From the human T2T-CHM13v2.0 reference genome, Homo sapiens, in the NCBI RefSeq assembly GCF_009914755.1, contig NC_060930.1: 64,000 nt of DNA; one strand, given 5' to 3'. The translations under genes were made by a program, and so were the position numbers. Below the pieces are notes generated by a model. That model did no database searches, was not told where the DNA came from, and was given only the letters and a program-made list of their open reading frames with translations. Shown here piece by piece: positions 1 to 13,742 of this stretch (the first letter of the stretch is position 1; the number at the start of each line of letters is the position of its first letter).

Positions 1-99
1 AACATTGCATGGTAAAGAAGGAAAGAATCTTTTGTAGAAGTGATATATTGAAGAAAGAAAGTATTTTCCTCCTCTAATAGATACTTCTAACTCAACGCA

Positions 100-740
100 A
101 TGGAAAAGGTGATGCAATAAGGATTGCAAAATCAATTAAAAGAAAACTGATTAGGATGAAAAAGCAAAATTATATAATTAAAAAATGTATTTGACTCCAA
201 AGAGATTATTATTATATAATCAATAGAGGAACAAAAATCACCAGGCAGAAAACTCAATCAGATAATTAGAAAAGGTTCTTGGTAATGATAAATGCACAGC
301 AAAGAAAAAAACAATTGGAGGAGATAGTAGTTTTCAAAGACAGGTAATCGAGACAGATCACAGAGGCTGAGAGTATTTTATAACTAGATAAAAGATTATA
401 TACCAACAATCTTAAAAGTGTTATAGATAAAAAGTTGTCTTAAATGAAGAAATAACAGAATCTACACATTTAAGACAATATATCACGCTAATGAAAAATT
501 CAATTCAATCTAATCAACATTACTTAGATTTTGACTAAGTTTTTTTCTTTTTTTAAGCATGAAGGAAAAAACATCAAGTCCATAAAAGAGAATGTGTCAG
601 ATGGCTGCATAGCCTGTATATACACATTCAAAAAAGTTAAGTAAGGTCTGAATGAATTAGCATTGAACTCAATAATTTTCCAGTCAAATTTCCTTTCAGT
701 CATAAATGCAACAGAGAAATTTTTAAACAGTCAAGGCCTT
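100..740 (+). mobile_element. Highly decayed ancient L1/HAL1-like ORF1 fragment
   Basis: A-rich. The segment ctcaataattttccagtcaaatttcctttcag...gcaacagagaaatttttaaacagtcaagg (about 668-737) resembles the L1/HAL1 ORF1 C-terminal region. Boundaries approximate. Confidence 0.35.
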
Positions 741-1123
741 GGGGCACAGTTCCATTTCTTCCCTCATCCTTTTCTTTCTGTACTTTTTATCTTAAACAAA
801 AGGTAACATTTTTATCTAGACTGAGAGTTGGCATATGTAGGGTATAAGGGAATACTTTAACCTTGTGTTAATTCTACAGCCTTTTAATCTATATTAGAAA
901 TCTTTTGCAGCTTGCTATAGATTAAGCAGTTTGGCACAGCAAATTTAGTTTTAATTATACTTTTTGTCCTGGTGCATCCTTCCTCTAAGGTAAAGAAGAC
1001 CGAGTGATTCATCTGATTTTATTATGATGGGGTGGGGAAAATAATTAGAAAAAGCAGGAACAATTGTTAATCTCAAATAACTAACACAGAACAATCTATT
1101 AATAATAAATATTTGCATCCTTA

Positions 1124-1650
1124 TCATATCAATCAAGGTCCCATCAGGAGGCAAAATTATACCAGTAATTTGAACAGGGAAAATTCAATGTCAATGTGTT
1201 AAATAGTAAAGGGGAATTAGCTACTAATAAAAATAAACATACATTTATAAGAAACAGGAATAGCAGATATGAAGGTACAGTCAGAACTACTGGGGCTGAA
1301 GTAGATTACCTAAGGAAGAAAAAGACTTGGGAGAGTCACCAACCTCCTACCTCTAGTATCTGAAGCTAAAGTTAAAATGTGTTAAATCAATTTTAACCTC
1401 TTACCTCCAATACCCTAAAACAGAGCTTATTGCTTTAGCACACTTCATAACAAAGTTAACTGAAGAGAAATTTGCTGTAGTGGAGAGCAGAAAGCGTCCC
1501 ACTGGGGTGCTGGCTAGAGTTGTTGGGAATCTACTCAATAAAGTATTGCAAAAATTCTCTGGAAGCCAATGGTGTGCCATAGCCCATATCGAGTATTGCA
1601 AAGGAGAAAAAAAAAGGGTGAATATTAATGAAGAGCCAGTAATTTGATAA
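1124..1650 (-). mobile_element. Ancient ERVL-class solo LTR (family uncertain, LTR50/LTR33-like)
   Basis: tatcaatcaaggtcccatcaggaggcaaaattataccagtaatttgaacagggaaaattcaat and ggaatagcagatat resemble remembered reverse-strand ERVL LTR ends. Right boundary uncertain. Confidence 0.4.
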
Positions 1651-2009
1651 CCGGTAAAACCATAGAAATAATTACTATATCCAAACTTTCTCTCCTAAAA
1701 AAATTAGAACTTGGACATCTATACTGCATTGAGTTCACCATAACCAAAACTGCAGCACTAAAAATAGAACAAGACTATATGAATATTTTTCTCAAAGGTT
1801 ACTTTGAGTTGATAAATCAAGACTCAGGGTGAAAGATTTTTCTTTTTAAATATGAGGATAACTAATTGTCCCCACTCCATCATCACATGAATAAGTTCCT
1901 TCTAGATTCTAGTTTCTTCATTCTTCTGCAAGCCCTCCTCCTTCTACTCCCTTTCCCCTTTTTTTAAATTTTAACATTTCTATGTGTCTCCTGATTTTTG
2001 TATTACCAC

Positions 2010-2382
2010 TGATATGGTTTGTTTCTGTGTCCCTAACCAAATCACATCTGAATTGTAATCCCCATAATCCCCATGTGTTGAGGTAGGAACCTGATGGGAG
2101 GTGATTGGACCACTGGGGCTGTTTTCCCCATGCTGTTCTCATGGTAGCGAGTTCTCCTGAGGTATGGTGCTTTTATAAGTGTTGAACAGTTCCTCCTTCA
2201 CATACTCTCTTGCCTACTGCTATGTAAGATGTGCCTTGCTTCCCATTTGCCTTCTGGCATGTTTGTAAGTTTCCTGAGGCCTCTCCAGCCATGCAGAACA
2301 TTGAGTCAATTAAACCTCTTTTCTTTATAAGTCACCCAGTCTCAGGTATTTCTTTATAGCATTGTGAAAATGGACTAAAACA
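2010..2382 (+). mobile_element. THE1 (THE1C/D-like) MaLR solo LTR
   Basis: Starts tgatatggtttg and ends ggactaaaaca, with an internal aattaaacctcttttc poly(A) region. Near-TSD accac (2005-2009) / cccac (2383-2387). Confidence 0.9.
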
Positions 2383-2740
2383 CCCACCTAACATGTGACT
2401 CTGACTTTACTATTTTTTAGCCCCTAGTGAGTTAGGATTACTAATTATCAGCTTTATTTTGGTGACTGTTCCTAGTCTCTCCTCTGGAGAGTATAGAAGT
2501 AAATGTTCCAATATGTTTTCCTATAGGTCAAGGTTATTCCTTGGAATTATTTTTACTTGTCCTTCTCCATTCTCTTTCCACACCTGGTAAATGGGAGAAT
2601 TTCTGAATATTTCTGAGATGATGCCAGAATGCTTGTGCAAGATATCTAAAGTGTTTACAGAATATCTTCCCTTTCTCTGCAACTACCAAGGCCCTGTGTG
2701 ATGCTAACAGTGAGAACAGAAAGGATTTGAAGTTTAGTGG

Positions 2741-2860
2741 ATATATATATATATACATACATATATGTGTGTGTGTGTGTATATATATGTGTATATATAT
2801 ATGTATATGTATATATATGTATATGTGTACATATATATATATATACACACACACACACAT
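2741..2860. repeat. Compound (TA)n/(TG)n/(CA)n microsatellite
   Basis: Visible alternating purine-pyrimidine tract of about 120 bp. Confidence 0.95.
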
Positions 2861-2941
2861 AATGGTTGGAAGTCAACTATTTCTTCATGTTCTGTGATCA
2901 ACATAGAAGTCACACCTCAAGAATGGGGTTAATTAGCAAGG

Positions 2942-3345
<404 letters not shown>

Positions 3346-5062
3346 AATTTTATTTTTTCATTTCTTCCATATTTTGTCATCTGTTTTTCCAGTTATTTTC
3401 TAATAAGCTTAAATAGTAATGCTTGTGGAACTCCAGTGGTCTCTGCCTCTTCTTGAAATGCTACAGCTAAAATAGAGAATTATCTTGCTCACCATAGGTC
3501 ATTAAGCTCTCTATATTATGCTCTCCAGTTTACTCTAGCCTTTATTTTTATTGATGTATCTGTATTTTTCATTTTTTTTTTAAATTACAGAATTACCAAG
3601 TAGCCAAGGTAAGCCTAAGAATGTAGCCTTTACACTGTCACATTTAAAGGCCACTGGCAGCTCATGATCCGTTTTAATTTTTGCTTTGTTTCTACCTTTT
3701 TCTATTTGATTATGTGTCCAGGGCTCTCTCTTTTTTGTTTGTTTGACTTCATTTTGTTTTTGTGTTTAATAGAGATATTTATCAATCAGTATATGTATAA
3801 CTTTGTTTATGCAAGCCTCTGCTTTATTTTTCTTGATACAGTTTATCCACACAACCTGCCTTCTCTAGAGTGAGCATAAATTTGAATTTGTGCAGAGCAA
3901 CTTATTATTTTAGGACCTTGGGAAAAATAGTTAATTTCCAGTGAAATTAATCTGAAGATAAGTCTCTTATTGAAAGAGTTACTTCTATAATGAATATTCA
4001 TGGCATATATTAATAGTTATTACTATTTTTAAATGCTGCACATTCCTTTATTATTTAAGGACATGTATTTAAATTCAGTTCATACACTTCTCTTATTAAA
4101 AAATTAAGTTTATACATTGTTTTTCCAAGTACTATTGCATTGAGTTTTTCTTGTTTTGTTTGTTTGTTTGTTTGTTTTGGTGTGTTTTTGTTTTCTTTTG
4201 CTATCAAGAAAGGGGAAAAGCAAACAAAATTTTACCTACATTGATCAAGGGTTAAACAAATGAATAAAAACAGTTGAATGTCACCAAGGAGATTTGAAGA
4301 GAACCTCATAGTTATAAATAATTAAGAAATCCCTCTGATTAAACTCCACATGATGTGATCAGTGGCAATGAGAAATTGTTAATAAAGGTCTTGATTAATT
4401 CAGAGACAAATCTTAAAACAAGTGAGAGTAAATAATCAAGTTACTTTGCTATTCTGACAAATTGGTGATATGTTTGATCAAGAAATATGAGATTCAATAA
4501 AAGATGAGAACTTTTAAGTATGCTACTTCTAGTCAATGCTCTCCAAATTAGCGGCCAGAAAATTCCTCCAAGTGCAGCTACAAAAAAGTCAATCTCCACC
4601 TGGTTTCTAAATTATACATCCTTCCTGAATGAAAAGTCATCAGCCTAATCTCTTACCAAGCACACAATTGTTTTTAACAGGACGAGCATAATATGTTTGA
4701 GAGAACATGCTGTGGGTTTCTTGTCAATAGTCATCTAAAACTCTGGTTTCTTAATATTTGGCCAACATCATATTGGCTTGGTTCGCTGGATTTTTACATT
4801 AGAATTTTTTAAAAATTTCCCCAAAATCTATTGATTTAAAGATAGAAATTTTATTTTTAATTAACTTGCTGGTTTTGGCCTGTTCTAAAAGATAGGATAA
4901 TGGATTTTAGCTTCTCAAAGATGGAAATATATCTGTAGAATTTTCTATTTAATTATTAGCAAAATTAATCCAACTTCATATTGAAATTTGATATTAATTT
5001 GATATTGTTTGGTGCATATTTTATCAACTAATTCTATTTAAATATTACATTTATATAATCTT

Positions 5063-8050
5063 CATACATCATGACCAGGTGGGGTTATTCTAAAAATGCA
5101 AAGGTACACAAGACAAGGATGTCCTGTTGTCACCACTCCTATTTAACACAGTATTGGAAGCTCTGGCCAGGGCAATCAGGCAAGAGAAAGAAGTAAAGGA
5201 TATTCAAATAGGGAAAGAGGAAGTCAAACTGTCTCTATTTGCAGATGATAAGATTGTATATTTAGAAAACCCCATCGTCTCAGCCCCAAATCTCCTTAAG
5301 CTGATAAGCAAATTCAGCAAGTCTCAAAATCAAGGTACAAAAATCACAAGCATTCCTATACACCAATAACACACAAACAGAGGGCCAAATCATAAGAAAA
5401 CTCCCATTCACAATTGCTACAAAGAGAATAAAATACCTAGGAATACAACTTACAAGGGATGTGAAAGACCTCTTCAAGGAGAACTACAAACCACTGCTCA
5501 AGGAAATCAGAGAGGACACAAACAAATGGAAAAACATTCCATACTCATGGATAGGAAGAATCAATATCATGAAAATGCCCATACTGCCCTAAGTAATTTA
5601 TACATTCAATTCTATACCCATCAAGTTACCATTGACTTTCTTCACAGAATTGGAAAAAACTACAGTAAATTTCATGTGAAACCAAAAAAGAGCCTGCATA
5701 GCCGAGACAATCCTCAGCAAAAAGAACAAAGCTGGAGGCATCATGCTACCTGACTTCAAACTCTACTACTAGGCTACAGTAAGCAAAAGAGCATGGTACT
5801 GCTACCAAAACAGATACATAGACCAATGGAACAGAACAGTGGCCTCAGAAATAGTGCCACAGATTACAACCATCAGATCCTTCACAAACCTGACAAAAAC
5901 AAGCAATGGGGAAAGGAGTCCCTATTTAATAAATGCTGTTGGTAAAACTGCCTAGCCATATGCAGAAAACAGAAACTGGACCCCTTCCTCACACCTCATA
6001 CAAAAATTAACTCAAGATGGATTGAAGATTAAATGTAAGACCTAAAACAATAAAAAACCCTAGAAAAAAATGTAGGCAATACCATTCAGGATATAGGAGT
6101 GGGCAAAGACTTCATGACTAAAACACCAAAAGCAATGGCAATAAAAGCCATAATTGAAAAATGGCATCTAATTAAACTAAAGAGTTTCTGCACAGCAAAA
6201 CAAACTATCATCAGAATGAACAGGCCACCTACAGAACGGGAGAAAATTTTTGCAATCTATCCATCTAACGAAAGTCTAATATCCAGAATCTTCTAAGAAC
6301 TTAAACAAATTTACAAGGAAAAAAAAAACCCATCAAAAAGTGGGCAAAGGATATGAACAGACATTTCTCAAAAGAAGACACTTACGCAGTCAACAAACAT
6401 ATGACAAAAAGCTCATCATCACTGGTCATTAGAGAAATGCAAATCAAAACCATAATGAGATACCATCTCACACCAGTTAGAATGGTGATCATTAAAAAGT
6501 CAAGAAACAACAGAGGCTGAAGAGGATGTAGAGAAATAGGAATGCTTTTACACTGTTGGTGGGAATGTAAATTAGTTCAACCATTGTGGAAGACAGTGTG
6601 CTGATTCCTCAAGGATCTAGAACTAGAAATACCATTTGACCCAGCAATCCCATTACTGGGTATATACCCAGAGGATTATAAAACATTCTACTATAAAGAC
6701 ACATGCACAAGTATGTTTATTGCAGCACTGTTCACAATAGCAAAGACTTGGAACCAACCCAAATGCCCATCAGTGATAGACTGGATAAAGTAAATGTGGC
6801 ACATATAAACCATGGAATACTATGCAGCCATAAAAAAGGATGAGTTCATGTCCTTTCCAGGGACATGGATGAAGTTGGAAACCATCATTCTCAGCAAACT
6901 AACACAAGAATAGAAAACCAAACACCACATGTTCTTACTCATAAGTGGGAGTTGAACAATGAGAACACATGGACACAGGAAGGGAAACACCACACACTGC
7001 GGCCCTTTCGGGGTGGGTGGCTAGGGGAGCGATAGCATTAGGAGAAATATCTAACGTAGGTGATGGGTTGATGGGTGTTGCAGACCACCATGGCACGTGT
7101 ATACCTATGTAACAAACCTGCATGTTCTGCACATGTATCCCAGAACCTTGAAGCATAATAATAAAAAAGAAAAAAATGCAAAGTTAGTTCAATATTTTGA
7201 AATCAATGAATATAATTAAAATATTAATAGAGCTCAGTAGGAAAAAGTCATATTATCTTCATTAATCTAGATAAGGCATTTGTCAACATCCAATACTTTT
7301 TTCTATTACAAAAGCCTCAATAAGAATAGACAAATATTTTCATATGTGTAATACACACTATAAATATTTATACATTACATATAAATTAATATGTATATTT
7401 GGTATGAAAAGCAGTATCTTAGTTGGGAAATGACGTAATTAGGAGTAAGACAGGGATGCTCATTATCTTCCTATTTGGTGTTATGTGGAGGTATTACAGA
7501 ATGCCATTTGACACAACAAAACAAATTAGAGGCATAATAATTGGAAAGGTTAGATGGTATAATTGTATGTGGAAAATACAAAGAATTCAAGGGAAAACCA
7601 CCACAAAAAAATCAAAGAGAATTAATAATATAAGAAATTATAAAATCAACATAACAACAAAAATTTTTTAAAGGAATGATGAAAATTTGTCTACAGATAA
7701 CAGAAAAGAGAATTTGAAAACAAAACAGAATAAAAACTGTAAATGCAAACTTAATAAAAAATGTGGAAAACATATATGAGACCTATAATAAAGTGCTCTT
7801 GAAAGGCAGAAGACTTGAACAAATGCAAAGACATACTATGTTCCTGGATAGGTAGATATAATGTCATAAAAATATCACTTATCTTTAAGTCATAACCAGA
7901 ATTTTCTTCCGAGCTAGAGCAATGGATTACAAAGTTCATTTGGAAGAAATTTGCGTGGATAAAAAGGGAAATTATGATAAAAGAGAATCAATGAAGTGGG
8001 AAAAGATTGATATTAAACATAAAATCTCTGTAATTAAAACATGACATTTG
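5063..8050 (+). mobile_element. Old L1M ORF2 fragment (5063-5103 and 7172 to about 8050), split by a younger L1PA
   Basis: catcatgaccaggtggggttattctaaaaatgcaaag rejoins ttagttcaatattttgaaatcaat, a decayed [17 protein letters not shown] region. Further ORF2-like sequence runs to about 8050. Confidence 0.7.
5104..7171 (+). mobile_element. L1PA7-like LINE-1, 5'-truncated (ORF2 RT C-terminal part, 3'UTR, A-tail)
   Basis: Translations include SLFADD and [12 protein letters not shown]. Canonical 3'UTR. 12-bp TSD aaaaatgcaaag (5092-5103 / 7172-7183). Confidence 0.95.
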
Positions 8051-8992
8051 CACATATTTGTGATAAAAAGGAATAAATCTGAGATCATTTAACCTAGGTA
8101 GTCTTACCTGCAATATAAAATGATACAGTTGCAAAAACATGAATTTAAAAACACTTGGAACAGACTTAGATAGACATTTTTGTATTCAGAGTGTGGTGCA
8201 GCTGACCATATTGAATGAGACCTCATTTACTCTCTTTAATTACAGTTTAACTTTAAGTTAAAAGTCATTTTTAAATGGTTGGTCTTATATATTCATATGC
8301 TTTTATAATACATTCTAAAAATTCAAATTCATTCTTGATTGAAGTCACTACATAAAGTTCAAGTGTTATCTCATGGACACTAATTTTCTCCTCCATAACT
8401 AGTTGTGTGAGTCTACATTTCAATTCTAAAGCCTTTTCCTTTTCACTGTAATGTATCTTGAAAGACTTAAATCACACATTCAAAAATAATTGCCATTTTA
8501 AATTGAACTCAGAGCAGAACAAACCAATTACTGTAGTTGCATGAGTGTAAAGCATTTTACTCTTCTATCAGCTGTAGAAGTGTGCATACTTCCTCTATCA
8601 CAATTATTGTTACATTACTATTGCATTTGTATTCACCTCCTGAAGCAGACTAAAAAGCTTCCGTGGGGATGAATATTCTTGAAGTTCATATTGGCTTTTA
8701 ATAGTCTTATTCGACAAAATTTAAAATAAGAGAAACCTATAGTTAAACTAATTTCTATTCCTCCTCAAATACTTGGCTAAATTCTGATAGTAGAAATGGT
8801 AAAAATGAAAACATATACACATACAATACACATTTTATGATCCTATTTAACACAGATGTTTAACTAGAGAGATCAAAATCTATAAATGCATATTAAAGAA
8901 GAGCATCTTAAAACCTAATGCTTTATTTATGACATATAATAGTTATAAATATCAGATAATCTGACTAATAATGTTCTATGATTATTTTTATC

Positions 8993-10290
8993 TTTTAAAT
9001 CAACTTTGTTGAGCTATAATTTACCTATAATAAAATGTACCCTATTTTAAATGTATATTGTGATTCATTTTGACAAATAAATGTACTTTGGTAGCTACCA
9101 CTGTAATCAAAATATTGAATATTTCCTTCACTCCGAGAAATGTCCTTTGCCTCTTCACAGTTAATCTCACTTTCACTCTGAACCTTGGTAACCACTGCTT
9201 TGTTTCCTATCACTATAGGTTAACTTTGAGGATTTTAAAATTTCATATTAATGAAATCGTACAGTAGGTACCATTTCTCTGACTGGCTTCTTTTGTGCAA
9301 CATAATGTTTTTTAATTTGTTCATAGTGCTGTATTTATCAGTAAGTCATTCCTTTTGACTTTAATTTTAATTAAATGACTCTACCTGTATTTATTTATTT
9401 ATTTGTTGATGAGCATTTGAATTGTTTTCCATTTGGGGCTATTAAAAAATAACTGTTAGAAACATTCATTTACCAGTCTTTTTTGAGCACATATTTTAAT
9501 TTCTTTTGGGAAAATGCCTATCAGTGAAATTGCTCGTATATAATGGTAAGTGTATGTTTAACTGATATGGTTTGGATCTGTGTCCCTCCCCAAATCTCAT
9601 GTCGAACTGTAATCCACAATGTTGGAGGTGAGGTTTGGTGGGAGGTGATTAGATCACGGAAGCAGTTTCTCATGAATTGTTTAGCACTATCTTCTTGGTG
9701 CTATTCTTGTGATAGTGAGTGAGTTCTCAGGAGATCTGGTTGCTTAAAAGTGTGTAGCACCTCCCCTTTCTCTCTCTCTTGCTGCTCCAGCCATGTGACA
9801 TGCCTGCTCCCCCTTCCCCTTCTGCCATGATTGGAAGTTTCCTGACACCTCCCCAGAAGTCAAGCAGATGACAGCATCGTTCCTGTGCAGCCTGTGGAAC
9901 CACCAGCTAATTAAACCTCTTTTCCTTGTAAATTATGCGGTCTCACGTATTTACTTACAGCAACATGAGAAAGGCCTAACACATTATGATTATAATAATC
10001 TGCCAAAGTGGTTGTACAATTTTATCATCCAAGCAATAATAAATGAAATTCCAATTGCCTCGCAATCTCGCCAACACATGATAGTGTCAGTCCTAGTGGA
10101 TGTGTAGTAATATTTCAATTTGGTTTTAATATGTATTTCTCAGATGTCTAATGTTTATCATTTTAAAATGTGTTTATTGCCCACTTACGTCTTTTATGAA
10201 ATATTCGTTCAAATATTTTATCTGCTTTTATGCATTGTTTCCCCTTATTATTACTAAATTATAAGATTTCTTTACATATTGTAGGTACAA
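8993..10290 (-). mobile_element. Old L1 (L1ME/L1MD-like) 3' end, interrupted by an MST LTR
   Basis: caactttgttgagctataatttac...ggtaaccactg...ctggcttctttt...ccaaagtggttgtacaatttta are typical reverse-strand L1M 3' motifs. Confidence 0.75.
9563..9983 (+). mobile_element. MSTA-like MaLR solo LTR
   Basis: tgatatggtttggatctgtgtccc ... ccccagaagtcaagcagatg ... aattaaacctcttttcc ... ctaacaca. Confidence 0.9.
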
Positions 10291-10944
10291 GTGTCACATT
10301 GGCACCACTAGCTATAAGAGAGTCTACCAAAGCAATTACCTAGCTTTTTATAGCCTTTATAGTGGAAGACAGGCAAGTATTAAAGAGCTGGTTTGCATTT
10401 GCCTTAGCCAGTCAGGATTGCTTTCTATGGTTAGAAATTCATATTTATAACAGTTAGCTTAAGTAATTATTATAAATTGACATGCAACAATATGTGTGGT
10501 TATAAAGACACGTGTGCACATACACACACACATACATAGCTATGTATACAGTATGTAGTGTCAGGTAAGGAATCAAAGAGCACCCTATTTGCTTTCTGAT
10601 TAAAAACAAGATGAATAAAACAGCTAAATAAGAGAACACCAAATATTACCAAGTTTTACCATTTTAATATGATAGCTAATTAAGAAAATATTACATTATT
10701 ACATTTTATTTGTAATATACTGAGATTGATTGGTGGCTTAAAATATCAATTTACCATCTACTTAAGGAGAAATGTGATGGCATATGGATTCAAGTGCTAT
10801 GCCATATAAAAACACAAACAATAAGATTTATAGGCATTCATTGTAAGCGATAGCAAATAAAGCATTATAAAGCAAGTGTAGATTCAACAAAAATTAGTAC
10901 AGACAATAAAAAAAAAGCAGGGTTTTCTATGTAAAATGAGTCTT

Positions 10945-11255
10945 GGCTGGGTGCGGTGGCTCACGCCTGTAATCCTAACACTTTGGGAGGTGGAGGCAGG
11001 TGAATCACGAGGTCAGGAGTTCAAGACCAACCTGACCCACAGCGTGAAACCTCGTCTCTACTAAAAATACAAAGAAGTTAGCTAGGGTGGTGGTGGTTGG
11101 CACCTGTAATACCAGCTACTCGGGAGGCTGAGGCAGAGAATTGCTTGAACCCAGAAGGCGGAGGTTGCAGTGAGCCGAGATTGTGCCACAGCACTCCAGC
11201 CTGGGTGACAGAGTGAGAATCCGTCTCAAAAAAAGTCATAATAAAATAAAAAAAT
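10945..11255 (+). mobile_element. AluS (Sg-like)
   Basis: Dimeric Alu with cacgaggtcaggagttc. TSD aaatgagtctt (10934-10944 / 11256-11266). Confidence 0.96.
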
Positions 11256-11493
11256 AAATGAGTCTTAAAAGATAGAAAGGAAGGCATTGAATACTAGAAC
11301 CAAAAAAAAAAGATGCACATTCTTTCCAATTTGTCATTAGGTGTACCAAAGTGATTCATATAGTTAGAATCTATATAGTTAGTATATGTGTATGTATGTA
11401 TCCAGCTATATGCAAAAAGAAAACAAAAAAACAAACAACAACAACAATAAACATTTAGGGAAAAATCAGAGAACACGGTATTTGGAACCAGGC

Positions 11494-11952
11494 TGCATTA
11501 GTCAGGTTCTCCAGAGAAGTAGAACCAATAGGCTATTGAGTTAGTTATTATAAGAAACTTGCTCATGTGATCACAGAGCCTGAGAATTCCAAAGATGTAC
11601 AGTTTGCAAGTTAGGGATCCAGGAGAGCTGATGGTATAGTTCAGTCTGAAAGCTGGCAGGAATAAGACCCAAGAAAGGCTGATGTCTTAGTTTGAGCCTG
11701 AAGGCAGGAGAAGACAGATGTCCCAGCTCAAAGCAGTCACACAGGACCTTTACTCAGCCTTTTTGTTCTATTTAGGTCTTCAATTTATTGGATGAGGCCC
11801 ACCCCCATTAGAGAGGTTAATCTGTTTTACTCAGTCTACAGATTCAAATATTAATCTTATCAAGAAATACTCTCAAAGATACACCAGAATAACATTTGAA
11901 CAAATGGGCATTTTGGGGCCTAGTCAAGTTGCTACAAAAAATTAATCATTAT
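11494..11952 (-). mobile_element. MLT2-family (ERVL) solo LTR
   Basis: attagtcaggttctccagagaagtagaaccaatagg ... ttggatgaggcccacccccattagagagg ... ctagtcaagttg...aaaattaatcat. Confidence 0.85.
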
Positions 11953-12695
11953 GGCTACATTTCTTTTTAAATATAGGGTAAGTCTCTACATTCACTACCA
12001 CTTATCTCAACTTCGGTATACAGAAAGTGCAATAAATGTGAATGATGTAACATTTTCTTTGTTACATACAAGTAAAAAAAGGTAGAATTTGATAATACTT
12101 GTTTCTTTGGCTTTCTTGCTTAAAGGCACATAATGGGACTGCTTTTCCTTTTACTCTCTGTTTAGTCTTCTCTCATGTTACATATTACTATTTGCATGTT
12201 TTATTATTATATTTTGGGCCATTTTCTTGGATTTAAAGTTTACTGAGGTTAGAAAACATGCTGCAATATGTATTTCTATTTTGTTACAATGCCTAAAAGA
12301 ATTCACATACTTTGGGTTCAGTCACTCTTGCAGGTTAATTTTTGCGGTAAGTAAATATTTGGTGGTAGAAATTAATTTTGCTTCTGTATTGTATGGAGGT
12401 TGATGACACATGAGGATTTTGCTGTGTAGTCAGTATTTCTAGACACTGAACTTTCCATTGGGTATTCAGGAGTCCAGTATTGCATTACTACCATCTTTTC
12501 TCCCTTTGAACAGTTTTCTGGAATCTTCACTTGTGATGTATTCCTAATCCTATATTCTCTTTCTGGTTTCTGTTGAAGGAAAAACAAATATATTCAAGCT
12601 TCTAAACATCTCCCCGGCTTCTAGTCCACTTGGCCGCTTACCATGCCAGACTTGGTCTTTCTGTATGATCCTGTATTGTGGCTGTAATAACTCAC

Positions 12696-12741
12696 CTGTT
12701 TTAACCCAATTGATACCATATTTCAACTTGGTTGTGCTATC
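12696..12741 (-). other. Candidate 46-nt spliced exon (unknown transcript)
   Basis: Minus strand reads tttcatttcacacacag|GATAGC...AAAACAG|gtgagt. Open only in phase 0 (DSTTKLKYGINWVKT). No transcript evidence available. Confidence 0.3.
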
Positions 12742-13679
12742 CTGTGTGTGAAATGAAACCATATTTCAATTCAGGTTAACAAAAAATTGTAATAACGTAC
12801 AAGAGTAAAGATGAGAGGAATAGATATATCTCAATCTAGATCCATAAAGTAGAAGAGATTCAAAAAGACAATGCAGTCCTTAGAGCAAAGAGAACAGAAC
12901 TGTAAAAGAAACAGAAGTGAAATGGGTCATAGCACTATTACTCCACTGAGAAGGAACTATTATTCATTTTCTTTTGATCATCTTTTTTGAGATGCCATTA
13001 ATTTTTTTTGCCAAATTACACTCCATTCTAAATAGTAAGTTCAACCTCAAAAAGGAATACCTTGAATGTGACATTTGCCTTTTTCCATTTTGGTCCATGT
13101 CAGTACCGCATCTAATCTGTCCTGGAGTACAGATTATTCTACCTTTGTTAATCTCTCAAATGTGTGTCATTATCTTTCTTATTGTTCTTATTCACTATTT
13201 GTCATCTCTCAGTGTCTACTGCCTATATTCATTTATTATTACCTAAAATAACATCCATTGTATCTAAAGATATTTCCTTTTGCATTGATATCATTAAAAT
13301 ACCATCAAACAACTTAAAACCTTTATATATTGGCTAGTGAAAATACAATGCTAAATAAATGGCAGTCCCTTTTCCCTAACTCCCTTTTGACTAATGGACT
13401 TGGGTTTATATTTTCATATCAAATATGACAATTAGAGTAATTTTAAACATTTGGCATATAGCAAGTTGAATAATGATAATTTATTACACTCTAAGGTACC
13501 TAGATCTACACGGTAATTAATAGCAAAGTCCATTAAGTGCACACTATTCATCCTTTCGAATGTCCACTCCTGTTAACATTTGTCTTATTATAGTTATTTG
13601 TGTGTTTGTTTCTTTTTAGTGATGAAAAATAAAGACAAAATAGACATATGTTCAAAATTATAGGAATACAAAGACTTAC

Positions 13680-13742
13680 TTGGTCTGAAACTTTTTTCCA
13701 CACACAAAAATTTAGAATCAGATTGGCAAGATGACTCAAACA
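13680..13742 (-). other. Candidate 63-nt spliced exon (unknown transcript)
   Basis: Minus strand reads catttcatttttctag|TGTTTG...GACCAA|gtaagt. Length is a multiple of 3 and it is open in two frames. Confidence 0.25.

Noticed and set aside
2534-2876. YI/HT-repeat ORFs (also 41203-41400, 47578-47766, 27720-28115)
   Set aside because: Translations of (TA)/(CA) microsatellites.
12322-12352. Plus-strand 13-nt microexon ctcttgcag|GTTAATTTTTGCG|gtaagt
   Set aside because: The donor is perfect but the pyrimidine tract is weak, the length is frame-shifting and no partner exon was found. Unsupported without RNA data.
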